DNA of 64,000 nt from the NCBI GenBank assembly GCA_965112155.1, contig OZ218106.1; one strand, written 5' to 3'. A model generated the notes under the pieces. The model was given only the letters and a program-made list of their open reading frames with translations. It was not told the DNA's origin and did not search any database. The stretch comes from Podarcis liolepis (Eukaryota). Positions 25,709 through 38,855 of this stretch are shown piece after piece. The number at the start of each line of letters is the position of its first letter. Position 1 is the stretch's first letter. The translations under genes and the position numbers were made by a program.

Positions 25709-26388
25709 ATGCTGTGCTCTTCAGAATGTTCCATTAGTGCAAACATTTCTGCTTACCAGATGGAATAATCCCTCTCTGCCCACTCTGTTCTGGGGATTCT
25801 CCTGACTCTCTAGAACAGATTTGGAGAAGGCATGGAGGAAGAAAGGGAGGAAACACACCTTTGTACGAGCAGAAGCCCTTCCACTGGCAGGCTGGTTGAA
25901 TCCAGGCCTGAATTATTATTATTTTTTTGTAGTCTTGGCCTGCATTGCTATGTGGATAAACATACCCCCATCAAAAATAAGTTAGGTTGCCAAGTTATTA
26001 ATCCAACAATTTACAAGCTCAGACAGGTGTCTTGTTATTTCTCGATAGAAAAGCATTATTATAGTGTTGTCTTCATGTGTGCCAAGCAAACCCCATTTGT
26101 GAAAATGGCATGCACAACCTGATGTCCCCAACAACCCCTCCAGCATATCATAATGCCCAGGATCACCTCCACCTGGATTTTGTCTGACTCACCTAAACAA
26201 ATACATGAGGCTCAAGGGTGAGGTGGACAGGCCATCCTCAACACCTAAATGTAAATAGCACAAGACCCAGAGAAGCTCACTAAGGGGGGAAATGAGGTAG
26301 AATGGTGAACATGCTTCTGTCTAGCTTATTTTGACAGGTCACTCACACGGAGGTGGGAGAGCAATTTATGTTAGGCTGTTTCCTATTG

Positions 26389-26730
26389 CATAGGACCACA
26401 GGACGCTGCCTTATACTGAGTCAGGCCATTCGTCCCTAGAGCTCAGTATTATCTATGCAGACTGGCAGTGACTCTCTGAGATTTCAGACGAGTCTTTCAT
26501 AGCCCTGACTAGAGATTTATGGAACTGAATTCAGGATCTTCTGCAGATACCCTTCCACTGAACCATGGCTGAAACCCAAACCAGTTTCAGATATTACAAG
26601 AAACATATGGAGTTGGCTTATATGGAATTGTTGATCCATCTTGCTTAATATTGCCAGTAGTTGAATCTTTTGCCAGTAGTTGGAGCTTTTGCATGCAAAG
26701 TAGATGCTTTACCATTGAGCTACAGCCCTT
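26389..26730 (-). mobile_element. Two degenerate Squam3-like tRNA-derived SINEs
   Basis: gctgccttatactgagtcag.ccatt..tcc..agctcagtatt.tcta..c.gactggcag tail and ttttgcatgcaaag.agatgct.taccattgagctacagccc head remnants. Confidence 0.55.
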
Positions 26731-29057
26731 ATACATCCCTTACATTGAAATAAAGCTGTTGACTAATTCAAATACAAAGTAAGTGTTGTGCCCCTTAATG
26801 GTGGGTGAACAGGTACAAAGCACCAGCTAACTTCCAACCACTTTCATAGCTAAGAATGTTGCTGCCCAGTAGTTACTATAGAAATATAGTCCTTCCTCAA
26901 ACTGGTCATTTGAAAACTAATAAACAGGTGTCATTTCTTGCTGCTCTTTCACAATTCTTGATGGCACTTGTTTGCAAGGGGTGATGTGCCAAAGGATTTC
27001 TATACTACTTGTACAAAGGTAGCAATAATAAATTGAAACTATTTCTTTCAAGAGACCAAATATGAAAGGTTTCTTTTCTATTAGGAAAAGAAATGATTAA
27101 AAAGTGCTTTAGCTTGATATACCTTTTCAAACAATTGCTCCCCAAACATTGTGCTAGGAAAACAGATCACAGACACTTGAAGGCATAGTGGAAAAATATT
27201 TTGAATTTAAACATATGTACTTTTCATGATGCCGAAGAAAAGAACATATGTTTCCCACTCCACAAAGGCATTTACTGTGCTCATTTTCTTTCTTTGACAA
27301 AATACTCTGCAACTTCAAGGACATCATTTTCTCTTTCAGGGCAAATGATGGACTTTATACCGATGCACACAGCTGATACTTTCATGGTTTCTGATCCCTA
27401 TTGCAATACCCTGCATCTGGAAATCACAAAGGAAAACATGATAGGAGGGAGTGTCTCCTTCTCCCTGCCTACTGAGACTGTGGGTTCCTCTCCATTCCCA
27501 GGACTGCCTGTCTGCTCAACAGAAAACCAGATGATCCTGGTTTGTTTGTGATGCTCTTTGGCTAATCACACACATCTTGAAGTATTGTTTTCTCCATTTA
27601 ACAGCCGTTGAGTGGAGGGGGTGATTCTGGGGTGGTGGTGAAGCTCAGTTAGCTTTCCTTGCAGTATCAGCCCCTCTGCTGTTGAGCGTCGGGGGTGCTC
27701 CTTGATGAGCAAGGCATGAAATGGTAGGAAGGTTTTCCCATGTTGCCAGCCTCATGTTACTGTCTGATGTTATGCCCTTTGACAGCCACAAATCACTTTA
27801 GGCCTTTCAACCCAATCTGCAGTGCCCCATGGCTGTTTGAACTTGACTTGTTCAGTCTCTCCAAATAGGCCCAATGTGGTTCAGGCCTCACCCAAATTTG
27901 GGACACAGCCCTAGTAAAGTTTCTGGAGCTGCTCATTTCTCCCCCCTCTAATACAAATAGGCTCCATATCTGGGATCGAAAACACACTATTATCATGGCC
28001 CATTTTCCTTCTCTCTCCTCCCTTCCCCAATTAAGATTATGGAAATGAATAACTCACTCTCTTCCTCCCCCTTATTTGTAATTAACAAATGCATCTTAAC
28101 ATTTATTTATTTTTTGGGAAAAAGGAGTCCGATCAACATTATAGCACATCCAAATTATGCACCATAGACAATCAGAGATAATTAACTGACCTTATGCTGG
28201 CACATGAAGTATATCTAATCTAACCTCCTGAATATTGTTTCATGTGCTTACCTGCAACTCAAAGAGAATCGTGAATGGAATACTAAGTTAGATTTAAAAG
28301 ATGGAGGTTAAACACCTTTTTACTCCTCTTTAGCCTTCTTGAGATGCTCTCTGTTTTTGTTCTTCCACCAGTTTATGGATACTTCCCCAATTAGTCAGAC
28401 ATAAGTATGCAGGATTCTCTCAGGGTCAGGAAGTCTCCTGAAATTCCCATTTGCTGTGGTCTATAACCTAGCCAAGCTCATCTTTAACATATGGTACTTT
28501 CCTCAGTTGGCTACTCTGGCATTCAGTTGTCTTGCAAAGAAGGATGAAGGTTTTAGTGCATATCAATAATCCGGACACATGAAACAAGATTCTCCAGCAC
28601 CACACCTCTTTTGAGGTATCAGACATCTGCTTATGCCTCCCACTTAAAAGTAGCATACAATTGCAGGCAGGCAAACACATTACAAAGCAGAATGTTTCTT
28701 CATACTTGGATTTTAAAAACAGGTTTTGGAAAACATGGCTAATGTATCTTTTCATTATCATCTGAATAATGAGTGGAATGGAAGATCTAAATTATCACAA
28801 AATTAATATTTGCATATATTTTTGGCTTGATTAAAAACAAATTAAAATTCTACCATTTTCAAGGAATGAGACTTTTCACGAAGTTTTCTCCCAGTGGTTA
28901 GAAATTGAGAAAATTTGGAAACAGTTAATGATCCTTTGCACTTTGGGATTTTTTTTAAAAAAAATAATGCCTCACAGCAGGAGCCAAACATAGCTTGTGA
29001 TTGTTGATACAGTCTTAATATCAGTCATACCAAGAGATTACCTCGCCATAGTAAAAT

Positions 29058-29060
<3 letters not shown>

Positions 29061-29102
<42 letters not shown>
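29061..29102. repeat. (AT)n microsatellite flanking the Penelope insertion (second tract at 29544-29581)
   Basis: Direct reading. Confidence 0.97.
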
Positions 29103-29105
<3 letters not shown>

Positions 29106-29539
29106 GGTTTTGGTGTCTTCGGGTGTCTTCCCGTGTAAGAGTTGGGGTGTCTAGGCGACGTTTCGACGAGGTCTCACTCGTCATCTTCAGGCTGGTGCTT
29201 TCGGCTTCTTGTTACTGGAACAGAGCAGGATCTCAGTGTTTGAGTTCCTATAAATACTGTTGAGGAGGTGTGGTGTATAGCCTCCAACGTTCTGGGCAGA
29301 GAGGAAGTTCCCAGGTTAGTGTGCCTTTTCTTCTTTTGTTCCTTAATTACTTGAGGGATATCTTGAGTGATTTCTTGAGTGATATTCTGAGTACCACTTA
29401 GGTGGGTCATTAGGTGTGGATTAGTTGCTAAAGCTTTCGTGTCTTGACCTCTTGAGCTTGTGAAGAGTTTTTCTGAGAAGATGGCTGTACTGCACTTAGT
29501 TGTGCTCTGGCTTGGCTTCGTGTATAGGGGCGAGCTGTG

Positions 29540-29543
<4 letters not shown>
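29103..29543 (-). mobile_element. Penelope-like retroelement 3' end / pseudo-LTR inserted in (TA)n
   Basis: Minus strand: low-complexity ORF tail TTARPYTRSQARAQ...*, then a hammerhead core near the 3' end. Flanked on both sides by (TA)n. CpGs retained. Confidence 0.8.
29151..29195 (-). ncRNA. Minimal type-I hammerhead ribozyme motif (PLE type)
   Basis: CUGAAGA (29184-29190), U, stem II GACGAG/UGAGAC/CUCGUC, GAAA (29161-29164), CG-UC^. Stem III is reduced to palindromic ACGU. Predicted cut at 29157/29156. Confidence 0.8.
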
Positions 29544-29580
<37 letters not shown>

Positions 29581-29583
<3 letters not shown>

Positions 29584-29672
29584 CTATGGGAGTAGCAGTC
29601 TGGAAATACATGTGGATCATATATATATATATATGATCCACATGTATTTCCAGACTGCTACTCCCATAGCTT
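29581..29672. repeat. Perfect 92-bp palindrome centred on (AT)8
   Basis: aagctatgggagtagcagtctggaaatacatgtggatc-(at)8-gatccacatgtatttccagactgctactcccatagctt, no mismatches. Confidence 0.97.
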
Positions 29673-30148
29673 TCTGTGACACTCTCTGTCCACTGTCCTT
29701 CAGTATGTGGAAGTACACAGAGGTGTCATTTAGGCAGGGGGGAACTATGTGCTCACCTTAGTCCCATGTTTGAGACCACACAAAATTTGGGCATGCTGTA
29801 TCTCTGGCCAGTTCATTCATTCTATAACTATTGCCATACAAATTGAATGAGCCTATGAATAAAGCACAAATCCCTTTACTACTTAATAAACAGGGATCAA
29901 TTGTCTTACATTAATCATAAAAGAACTGCTCAGGAGAACCTCTTCAGCACATAGAGTCTGCACCTCCCACTCCTGCCCACCATCTGTGACCCATTATTTC
30001 TGCCCCCAATGTAGAGAGGAATGTCAACCAGCACAACCAGCTATGTTTAAGTGAATGGGGATGCATCATTCAGATATTATTTGATATGCTAGCTAAGACC
30101 CTGATGGCACCATCCTACACATAGCTATTCAAAAGTCCTCCTGAGTAC

Positions 30149-30285
30149 CAATGCTATTTTTCTAGAAAAAGAGGTGCCAGAACTCACCATTAAGGCCTCC
30201 CTTATTTTTTTATCTTGGCAATGGTGCCCACCTGAGAGGTGCTGGAAAGGAGTTCCGGCAAGTTCTGGATCGGGAAAAAGCCCTG
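30149..30285. mobile_element. hAT MITE; partial opposite-orientation copy at about 48208-48300
   Basis: Ends caatgctatttttc / gaaaaagccctg. TSD ctgagtac / ctgagtaa. Confidence 0.75.
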
Positions 30286-30712
30286 CTGAGTAAAATGGGT
30301 CTTACCTCCAAGGTAGTAGGCAGAGAGTTGGAACTATTCCAGGATCAGGATGTCCATGCTATCAGTACCTAACTGCATACAGCAGAATTTTCAAAATTTC
30401 AATGCTGAAATAAAATTAGCTTAAGAATGATTCATTTCAGATACGTACTCAGTGACCAGTGATGATTCTGCTACTGCTGGAAGGCCATATGGCTTTTTAA
30501 CTTGTAAGAAACAGATAATGAAAGAAAGTGCAGTGCTGTGCTTTCAAAAATGCAGCAAGAATTTATTCTCTAAACAAATTGTGCTATAATATCCCAGGTT
30601 ATTTTATTTTATTTGGGTTGTTTATTTGGATGTTCTATTTCCCTATCAACTAGTGACATTTATTGTCTGTATTTGAAATCAGTTCTTTTAAAGAATTTCC
30701 TTCCTCTCTTCC

Positions 30713-31165
30713 TTTATTTATTTATTAATTAATTAATAGTATTATTTTATTTCTTTATATCCCACTTTTTCCCTAATGGGACTCAAGATGGCTTACAGAT
30801 AAAAACATGAACCACTAAAAAGATAGAAATATTGATTGTTAAAATACTATTAAACATTTATAGAATTAAAACTATATACATATATAAAATCTGTTTAAAA
30901 CATGCAAATAATTGCAATAAAAACATCAGCACGGCACCAGCCTTTTAATTAAAAGCAGTCATTTCCCAAAGCCTGTTGGAACAAGGAAGTCTTTACCTGC
31001 TGATGGAAGGACAGTAATGAGGGAGTTGCAAAGTCTGGCAGCAGACACCAAGAAGGCCCTCTATCATGTCCCCACTGTGTGTGCCTGTGGGGGTGACAGG
31101 GCTGAGAGAAGGGCGTCCTCCTAATATCCCTAAACCCTGGTAGGTTCATATGAGAGAATATGGTC
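30713..31165 (-). mobile_element. L2 LINE 3' fragment (degenerate)
   Basis: (ttta)n tail, tatatcccac..ttccc..gggactcaag.tggcttac, and a minus frame SLLSFHQQVKTSLFQQA resembling the L2 ORF2 end. Confidence 0.65.
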
Positions 31166-32812
31166 TTGATCTCCCACCATTACATTTTGTGACATTTGCA
31201 ATAAATGATTTACAAGAACTGATATGATATTCTGCCCGACATCTCTCCTGCATCTTCTAACTCCTTTTCTGTCCTCTTCTTTCATTGTAAATTTCTTCTT
31301 CTGTCAAAAGTGGATTCTAGAAATGTGCTGTTTTACAATTTATTGTTCACTCATTCTAAATAATCAGGCATCCATTCAAGAAGAAGAAATACGAGCTCAG
31401 ATTTTATAAGGGGGGGAAAACGCTACATGCGATATAGATTTACATAATGAACAGGTGTGTTTGGGTATGTGTCTATTTACAGATCTCCTCGACTTCTATT
31501 TTTACCTTAAATTATTTTTGCAGGAAGAGATGCAAGACTAAAAACCTTCATAGCTGCTTTGATCAATTTATCATGTTCCATTAATGTTCTGTGCCACTGA
31601 TATTCAAATTTCTTGGGTTGGATGACATCCTATATATTCAATATTTCTTAATTTGTAGTTTCTTTATTTTTCTTATTACCTTTTACTTAACAAAAGTGCT
31701 TACCTCAGCTCATTTAAATCTTTTTGAATGGAAATGAAGGGAAAGTTACTTTTATAATTATGCCCCTTGGTCTTTAGGTAGACAAGTAAAATGATTTCTA
31801 GATTACTTTAATGAGCACAATTAAATGTAATTGAAGGGAATAGATGAGAAAATCTGAGACATCAGTTGTGTACGCTTCATGAGTTTTAAATATCTTTGAA
31901 TGGACAAAAGATAATAACCACTGTGTGTCTTTCAGGGGAGCCTTTTCAAGTAAGTATAGTTATGAATGCATTATTAGTGACTATTTTTATAAATTCCATG
32001 AAGCAGTTTCCAATGTGGAATGCACAACTTCTGCCGTTAATTTATAATAATCTGTACTAATGCAATACAATGTGAAAAGATTGCTGCCTTTTGTAAAGAA
32101 AGGAAAAGAAAAGAAAAAAGTAGCAGGTATATACACTGTAAATCTAACCATGGAGAATTTTGCAGCATTGCAAAAAATCGCTGTTAATGGTGTCACCATT
32201 TTTATTAAGGGGAAATTGTCCTTGCTTTTCTGTTGCTTACACATCACACAAGACAGGTTACATTAATTAAAATTAGAATGTCACTATTAAACCATAGCAC
32301 CAATAGAAATATAATAGTGGCAGGCAGGACAAATTTTTTAAAAAAACAATCTTCCACTTAAAACATTATCTACCTGGCAAGGCAAAAGCCTAACAGAATA
32401 TAAATGTCTCCATCACCTTTTGGAAAACAGCAAGACAAAAGGTCCAGCTGAACCTCATGGGTCTTGGTGATATCCTGTCACTCCCAAGGAGAACAGACTT
32501 TCCCCGTAAATTAGTGTACATATCCCGGCTCTCCCTGCTCATGTGTAGGTTTGTCATGTGAGCAGAACACCTTCATATGGCTTGTGGATTATGGTATTTA
32601 TCCCCCCCCCAAAGGTCATCTCTCTACAGTATCCCATCATAATTTGCCCTTTGAACCTCTACCCTAGCAGAAGTGGTTCACAGGAAGAAGACTCAGAGAC
32701 AGACTGGGGAAGTAGACTATCTTGAAGAATATCAGTAGAAACAGTGCCAAGAAGGGGTTCTGCCTGAAACCTTGGGGAATAGCTCATAGGCAGAGGTTGG
32801 ATGGTCATATGT

Positions 32813-32900
32813 CATGGATGCTTTAGTTGAGATTCCTGCATTGCAGGGGGTTGTATTAGATGACCCTAAGGGCCTATTCCATCTCAACAATTCTATGATG
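32813..32900 (+). mobile_element. CR1 3' tail remnant (similar remnant at 36232-36305)
   Basis: gagattcctgcattgcagggggttg.a.tagatgacc...ttcca.ctc.acaattctatga. Confidence 0.7.
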
Positions 32901-33383
32901 ATATGACCCTTTTACTTATCTGTGTCAGCCCATCACCCTGAAGAGGCTTAGTGCCTTAACCTCAAAAGATTTACAAGAACATATGAGAAGTACCCCAGTT
33001 AAGTAACCGGCACTTTAATAAATTGTAACAGCTATCACCTGTGTTGCTGTGTGCATGTGTGTGTCTATATATGTTAGTCCAATGGAAGGCACAACTGCAG
33101 GACATATAAAATGACCTCTGTACCAGATCTTAGGCAACAGGCAGACTAGTAATGGGAGGAGGCTGCCCTTTAAGTATCTAGGATCCAGACCATTTACAGC
33201 CTGAATCACCAGCAATTTGAACTACACCTGGAAACAAGCTGCTAACCAGGCAATGGTCACATGGGCAAGTAATGTAGATCCGTAGATTTACCTGAGGTTT
33301 TTTCCCCCCTCAGCGCTAGTATGAAATAATGGGGAGCATATTTAGATTCCATAGGTCAAATTCACATACATTACAAAGTTGAG

Positions 33384-33832
33384 TGTCAGGTGCTGTTGCG
33401 GTTGCTCGAGAGTAACCAGGCAGGACTCCGACCTGTCTTTTACAGTCTTTATTTTGGTGCAAACTATTTACAATGAAGAGCATCATAAGTTCATGTCTGG
33501 CTCAATCGCTAGCAGAATCCGGGAGTGGTCTGTTTTTGTACCTCTCCCAACATAAAAGTTTCGTCACCCCCAGCCTTTTCTGCCCCTTCCTGCACCCCAG
33601 ACTACTGCACGGGATGGGCGATGGCAAGGGTGTGCTTTCCTCCTCTCCGGCTTGCTCAGGAGCGGCATTAAGGCTCTCACTAGCATCTTCTGGTCCTTGC
33701 ACCTCTTCCCCACTGGAGGTGGGGCTTCCCTCCTCGCCAGAAGAGGAACTGCTTCCCAAGATTTTCGGAGGCTCCCTGTAATACACCTGCCCCTCTATCT
33801 CTCGCCTCTGAGCCGATGGCAGTTCCCTGACA
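33384..33832 (-). mobile_element. Solo LTR (449 bp)
   Basis: TGTCAGG...CCTGACA inverted termini. Perfect 5-bp TSD ttgag (33379-33383, 33833-33837). AATAAA on minus strand at 33448-33453. Confidence 0.88.
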
Positions 33833-36550
33833 TTGAGCAACACTAGCTGTTTCTACCACTTCTGTGTCTCCAGTCTTAAAGACACATAGGGAAGACTAAT
33901 GTCTGAAGAAGGCCATACACAATCCCTGAGATCTTAAAATACAAGGAATTTTTCTAAGGAATAGATACACACTGGCATAGGCCCATGCTGCTGCTGCTGC
34001 TTTTTCCCACCCTGATAGTTTTGGGTGTGCTTTGATAGAACCTGAAAGTAGAATTTTGACTCTTTGCCTTCCAGTTAAGGCATTGCCAGTGAGATGATAG
34101 TCAGCATTCAGAGACAATCACAATGATTTCTGTTCATGAGCTTAGAGGTATCTCATTGTATTAGTCCTGAATATCTTAAATGAATAGGATTCTGTTTTCC
34201 TCATCCCGATGGTCCAAGACTCAAGATATGGCATGAAGCTGCCTTGTAAACATTTTTAATGATTCTTCTTCTTTCTGTTTCTCCTTCTTCATCTGTTCGA
34301 CAGATGCAGGTCTGCCCTGGTTCCCTTCACATGTTCATTTCTATAGCATTTGACCATCTGCACAGAGTTTTGAAGAAACCTGAGCTGAATGCATCCCAGA
34401 GAGCGGTTGAATGTTTTAAAAGAATGTTTTTGAAATGATGCACAGTTTTTTGTTTTTGTTTTAAGGAGAGAGAGAGAGAGATCTTTGAAATGTTTTGTTT
34501 TTTTCGGTCATTTCCTATGTATCAGAATCACCCCTGCAACAGAACTTACAAAATATGAATACTGTATGTGGAAACTTTATGATCCTATGTGGCAATGCAC
34601 TTTTTGCTCTGTATAGTAAAAGGCAGACAGGCAGCAGTTTACAGGGGACAGGACCACAGTTTATAAGGCTATTAATAATATATGCTTAGGGAATTTCCAA
34701 ATGCCTTCATCTGACCAGGCTATGTTTAATGGATCTATAAAACATAGTCTGGAATCTCTTTGGTGTATTATAATATATTCTTGAACTTTCAGATTTCATT
34801 TTTAAGAGATAAGGGATTTTTGATTTTTTATTTTTATTAGAAACTCTATTTCAAAGGATATAATAAAACACTATTTCAAAGGATAGATTTCTTTTTGGAA
34901 GAAAACACCTGGAATTTTATTCTAATTCTGGAACAGATGCATCCATGGTAAAAAAATAAGTCAGGTATGATGAAGCTATTTCTATTTTAAGTAGCTGAGA
35001 AACTTACTTCAATTGCATACTTTTTGAGTGTGGCATTTTACATAATACCCTGAGAAGCTCCGAGTTTGACATTTTTTTGTTCTGCACTAGCAGTGTAACC
35101 AAATACTGTTCAGTACCCTTTAATTTAAACTTTCATTTTCAGTTAGAAAAAGACAGATTGAGAACAGCAGGCCCCAGTTCTCCTTATTTACTGTGGCTTT
35201 TCTCATAGAAAATTTATCAATCATTCAAAACATATTGTTAAATCCAGATGCAGTGCACACACAGGAAGCAGTTTAAGAGATTTGAGCAGCTCTTTGATGT
35301 TCTTACAACTGGCCACATGAGCTGGGCTGGTTGTGAAATTGGTACAGCAGGCATCTGCTTCAGATTCTGGTTGCACCTTACAATACTGAAATAAATCCAT
35401 GTTTTGAGAAGCTAGCTAGGAGTCTTCATTGATTTACAAAATGTATATCCAAAATGCATCCCTTTTGAGTCTAATTGATTTCAAAAACAGCTTAACTTTT
35501 TCTCACTGAAAAGTATAGGGACTAAAAGCGATGCACTTTGGCTAGCTGCCCATGGCCTTTCTTGTGTCTTGGACCCTGACGGGGGGTGGGATAAACATAT
35601 GAAAGCTTTGGTGAGAATAGGCTTCCCGTTTCTCTGTAGTGCCAGAGGCATCAAAGAACCCTGCTGGATCAAGCCAAAGGTCCATCTATTCTGGCACCTT
35701 TTTCTTGGCACTAGAGGCCAACTAGTTCCATATGACAAGCCCGCTAGCAGGATATTAAGTCAATAGCATTCTCCAAATCATGATCCTCTGCTGCTCGTAC
35801 ATGTGATTATAATTGGGAATTCCACCAACCAGGAATGCTTGTGCATGCATTAAAGCTTTCACACATGTAAAAAAAGAGCTGGATATGAACTTAGGGACAC
35901 ACGAGAACTTAGGGAACTATATGTGTTTTGTTTAATCCTTGATAATTCTTTATGTTTTAGAATTGTGCTTACATTCTATAGTAGTGAAGTATATATAATT
36001 AGATTGTAATGGTTTAACAAATGAATAATTAGTTTCGTTAAATAAATTTATAAACAGCTTCCCAGAACAGAAAGCCTATGAGAGAGTAAGAATAAAATAC
36101 AGCGCTACAGAAAAAAAATCACATGAGCATATTATAAAAACATCACCTCCTAGTGGTGCCACAATAAAACTGCCTACACATTTGCAAAGCTAAGCCTGTC
36201 AAGTATGGTTTCAAATTGGAACCATGTGTGGAGGAGATTCCTGCATTGCAGAGGGGCGGACTGGATAACTCTTGGGATGCCTTCAAACTCTATGGTTCTA
36301 TGATAGTTTTCTATGATATTTTTTTCCAAATGAGTAAAAATATGCAATCATTGGTGTTTTAATTGTCCAGTAGATAAAAATACATATTTTCCTGGTGGCT
36401 AGACAATGACAATTCTGGTGTAAGATGGGTCTTCTTTAGGAGAGCATTCCATAGAGGGCGAGCTACTACGTAAAAAGCCCTGTTTTCTCATAACTACCCT
36501 CAATACCTTTCAAAGGTGGTATTTTCAGTATAGGAGCACATTTCCTTGTA

Positions 36551-36891
36551 CTGAGCCTAGGGCTTGCCGATCAGAAAGTCGGTGGTTCGAATCCCCGCAA
36601 CGGGGTGAGCTCCCATTGCTCGGTCCCAGCTCTTGCCAACCTAGCAGTTCGAAAGCATGCCAAAAAAAGCAAGTAGATAAATAGATATCACTGTGGCGGG
36701 ATGGTAAATGGCATTTCTGTGCACTGCTCTGGTTTCGCCAGAACCGGCTTAGTCATGCTGGCCACATGACCCGGAAAAACTGTCTGCGGACAAAGTTGGC
36801 TCCCTCGGCCAGTAAAGTGAGATGAGCGCCGCAACCCCAGAGTCATTCACGACTGAACTTAACCATCAGGGGTCCCTTTAACTTTATCTTT
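36551..36891 (+). mobile_element. Sauria SINE, 5'-truncated
   Basis: Box B ggttcgaatcc, ggggtgagctccc, gcaagtagataaatag, gagatgagcgccgcaacccc, degenerate terminal ccttta repeats. Confidence 0.92.
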
Positions 36892-38629
36892 TAATGGCCC
36901 AAGAATCAAACATTTAAGTACACCTATAGATGTACATTATTTTAACAGTGCAATCCTACAGTGTCTACCCAGAAGTAAATTCCATTGAGTTCATTGGGGT
37001 TCTCTCCCTAGTTAAGTGCCTAAGTGGCTGAACTACCATTGAATCATATTCACCACAGTACATGCAAACTTTCAGTTTCATATATGGAATTTTCCATAAA
37101 AGGGGGAACACACTTCTACCAATCTGCAGTTAGAGTGGGCTGCACACAGCACTGGTTGCCCGGTGTCTGTGATATTACAGGTCCCTTTCTCTTTCCCATC
37201 ATGGAGAAGTTTTGGAAGATGTTTAAACATATTTTCTTCATTAACAAAAATGAAAAGATGAATGGACATTTAAATGAGCACACAAATAGACAGAAAGCCT
37301 ACCTAACATCAGAGAAATGAGCAAGGCACACAACGGAATATGCACTGGTAAGTTAGTTACCGGTAAATGTGTTGTGTTTGCAAAGCTGAGTTCGCTCAAC
37401 AAAAGAGGAAGCACAGTGATTTCTGTTTAAAGGGACATCTGTAACTCTATGCATTCTGTATAAGGTGGAATTTCCTGGATGCATGATGATATTCCTTTTT
37501 AAGAGACACCCAGCTGAGCATGATCTTATTGGATTTCAATATTGCTGCTGACCCTAAGTCACTTCTTAATTTAGCCTTCACTGAATCAAACTTAATATTT
37601 AATATCTTTGTCAAATAAGCACAGACCTTTATGGATCTATGTCAAATAATTCACTGGTGAAGCAAATGATAAAAGGTTTCTTAGAAGACCAAACACAGGT
37701 ACAATACTCCCATGAAAGAGGATGGTTTGGATAATAAAAACAACTCTTAAAGGGCATACCTTGACCTTGAGATGGGTTTTCCTCCCTTTGAAATAGCTTT
37801 GCTTATAGCCAAACAATCTCTCCTCCAAGTGGAATTCCATATACCGGTATTCTCCCCACCCACAAAATCTGCATTTGACACGACTGCTACCTACACCACA
37901 CAAATTACTGAAGTTGCTGCATGGGTTTTTTTTGGGGGGGGGGGACCTCACTGTTAAGAAAAGTGAATTCTGTATCAAAGTGCCTGAAACAATGATCACA
38001 TGTGAAAGGCCAACTCAAATTGGATCTTGATTATTTTCATATTTTTTATATTAAATTCAGAGACAAAACTATCAAAGATGGCTTAACTAAGCATAGTAAA
38101 AGAAAGAAAGAAATACCAAAAATGCAATGGAAATTCCCCTTCCTCTGCTCCCCAAGTGCTCTAAAGGTCTCCCAGCTAGGGATGAGAGAAGGCAGTGATT
38201 TCTGTTCTGGCCTGAATTTGTCATAATCAGCATTTCTTTCGGTCTGCTGCAGTTCATTTCCCTCCAAATACAGCCCATGAATTGTACAAAATAGAACTGC
38301 TTGTCTCTTAAGTATAAAGTTGCTTTTCCAGTAATCTGCAAAGAAAGACAATGATTTCATCTTGATTTTTGAAGTGACATATTGCAAAATAGACTTTATT
38401 TATTTATTTACTTTAAAAAAACACACCATAAGTTGATGGGAATTGTGAGGTTTGCCGGTGCATAAAAATGCAAATCTGCGCAATCGCAAATAAGTTACCT
38501 ATTAACTCTAGATCTACTAATTCTACCAAGAATTTTAAATACAGTATCCCAAAATTAGAGGGAGCTACAGAGGGGAGTATTTAGCTGTGACAGCTACTTC
38601 CTAAAATTCTCAGTTTGAGTACGATGGTA

Positions 38630-38855
38630 CAGTGCTACCTCGGGTTAAGTACTTAATTTATTCCGGAGGTCCGTTCTTAACCTGAAACTGTTCTTAACCT
38701 GAAGCACCACTTTAGCTAATAGGGCCTCCCACTGCCGCTGCGCCGCCAGAGCACAATTTCTATTCTCATCCTGAAGCAAAGTTCTTAACCTGAAGCACTA
38801 TTTCTGGGTTAGCGGAGTCTGTAACCTGAAGCGTATGTAACCTGAGGTACCACTG
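38630..38855. mobile_element. Tc1/mariner (Tigger-like) MITE
   Basis: TA-cagtgctacctcgggtta ... taacctgaggtaccactg-TA, with internal (ttcttaacctgaa) repeats. Confidence 0.9.

Noticed and set aside
34260-34440. Strong polypyrimidine tract plus AG followed by a short open frame
   Set aside because: No homology or clear donor site. Cannot be supported without RNA-seq.
38670-38850. Spaced direct repeats (taacctgaa) superficially like a CRISPR array
   Set aside because: Internal subterminal repeats of a Tigger-like MITE, with irregular spacing, in a eukaryotic context and with no cas genes.
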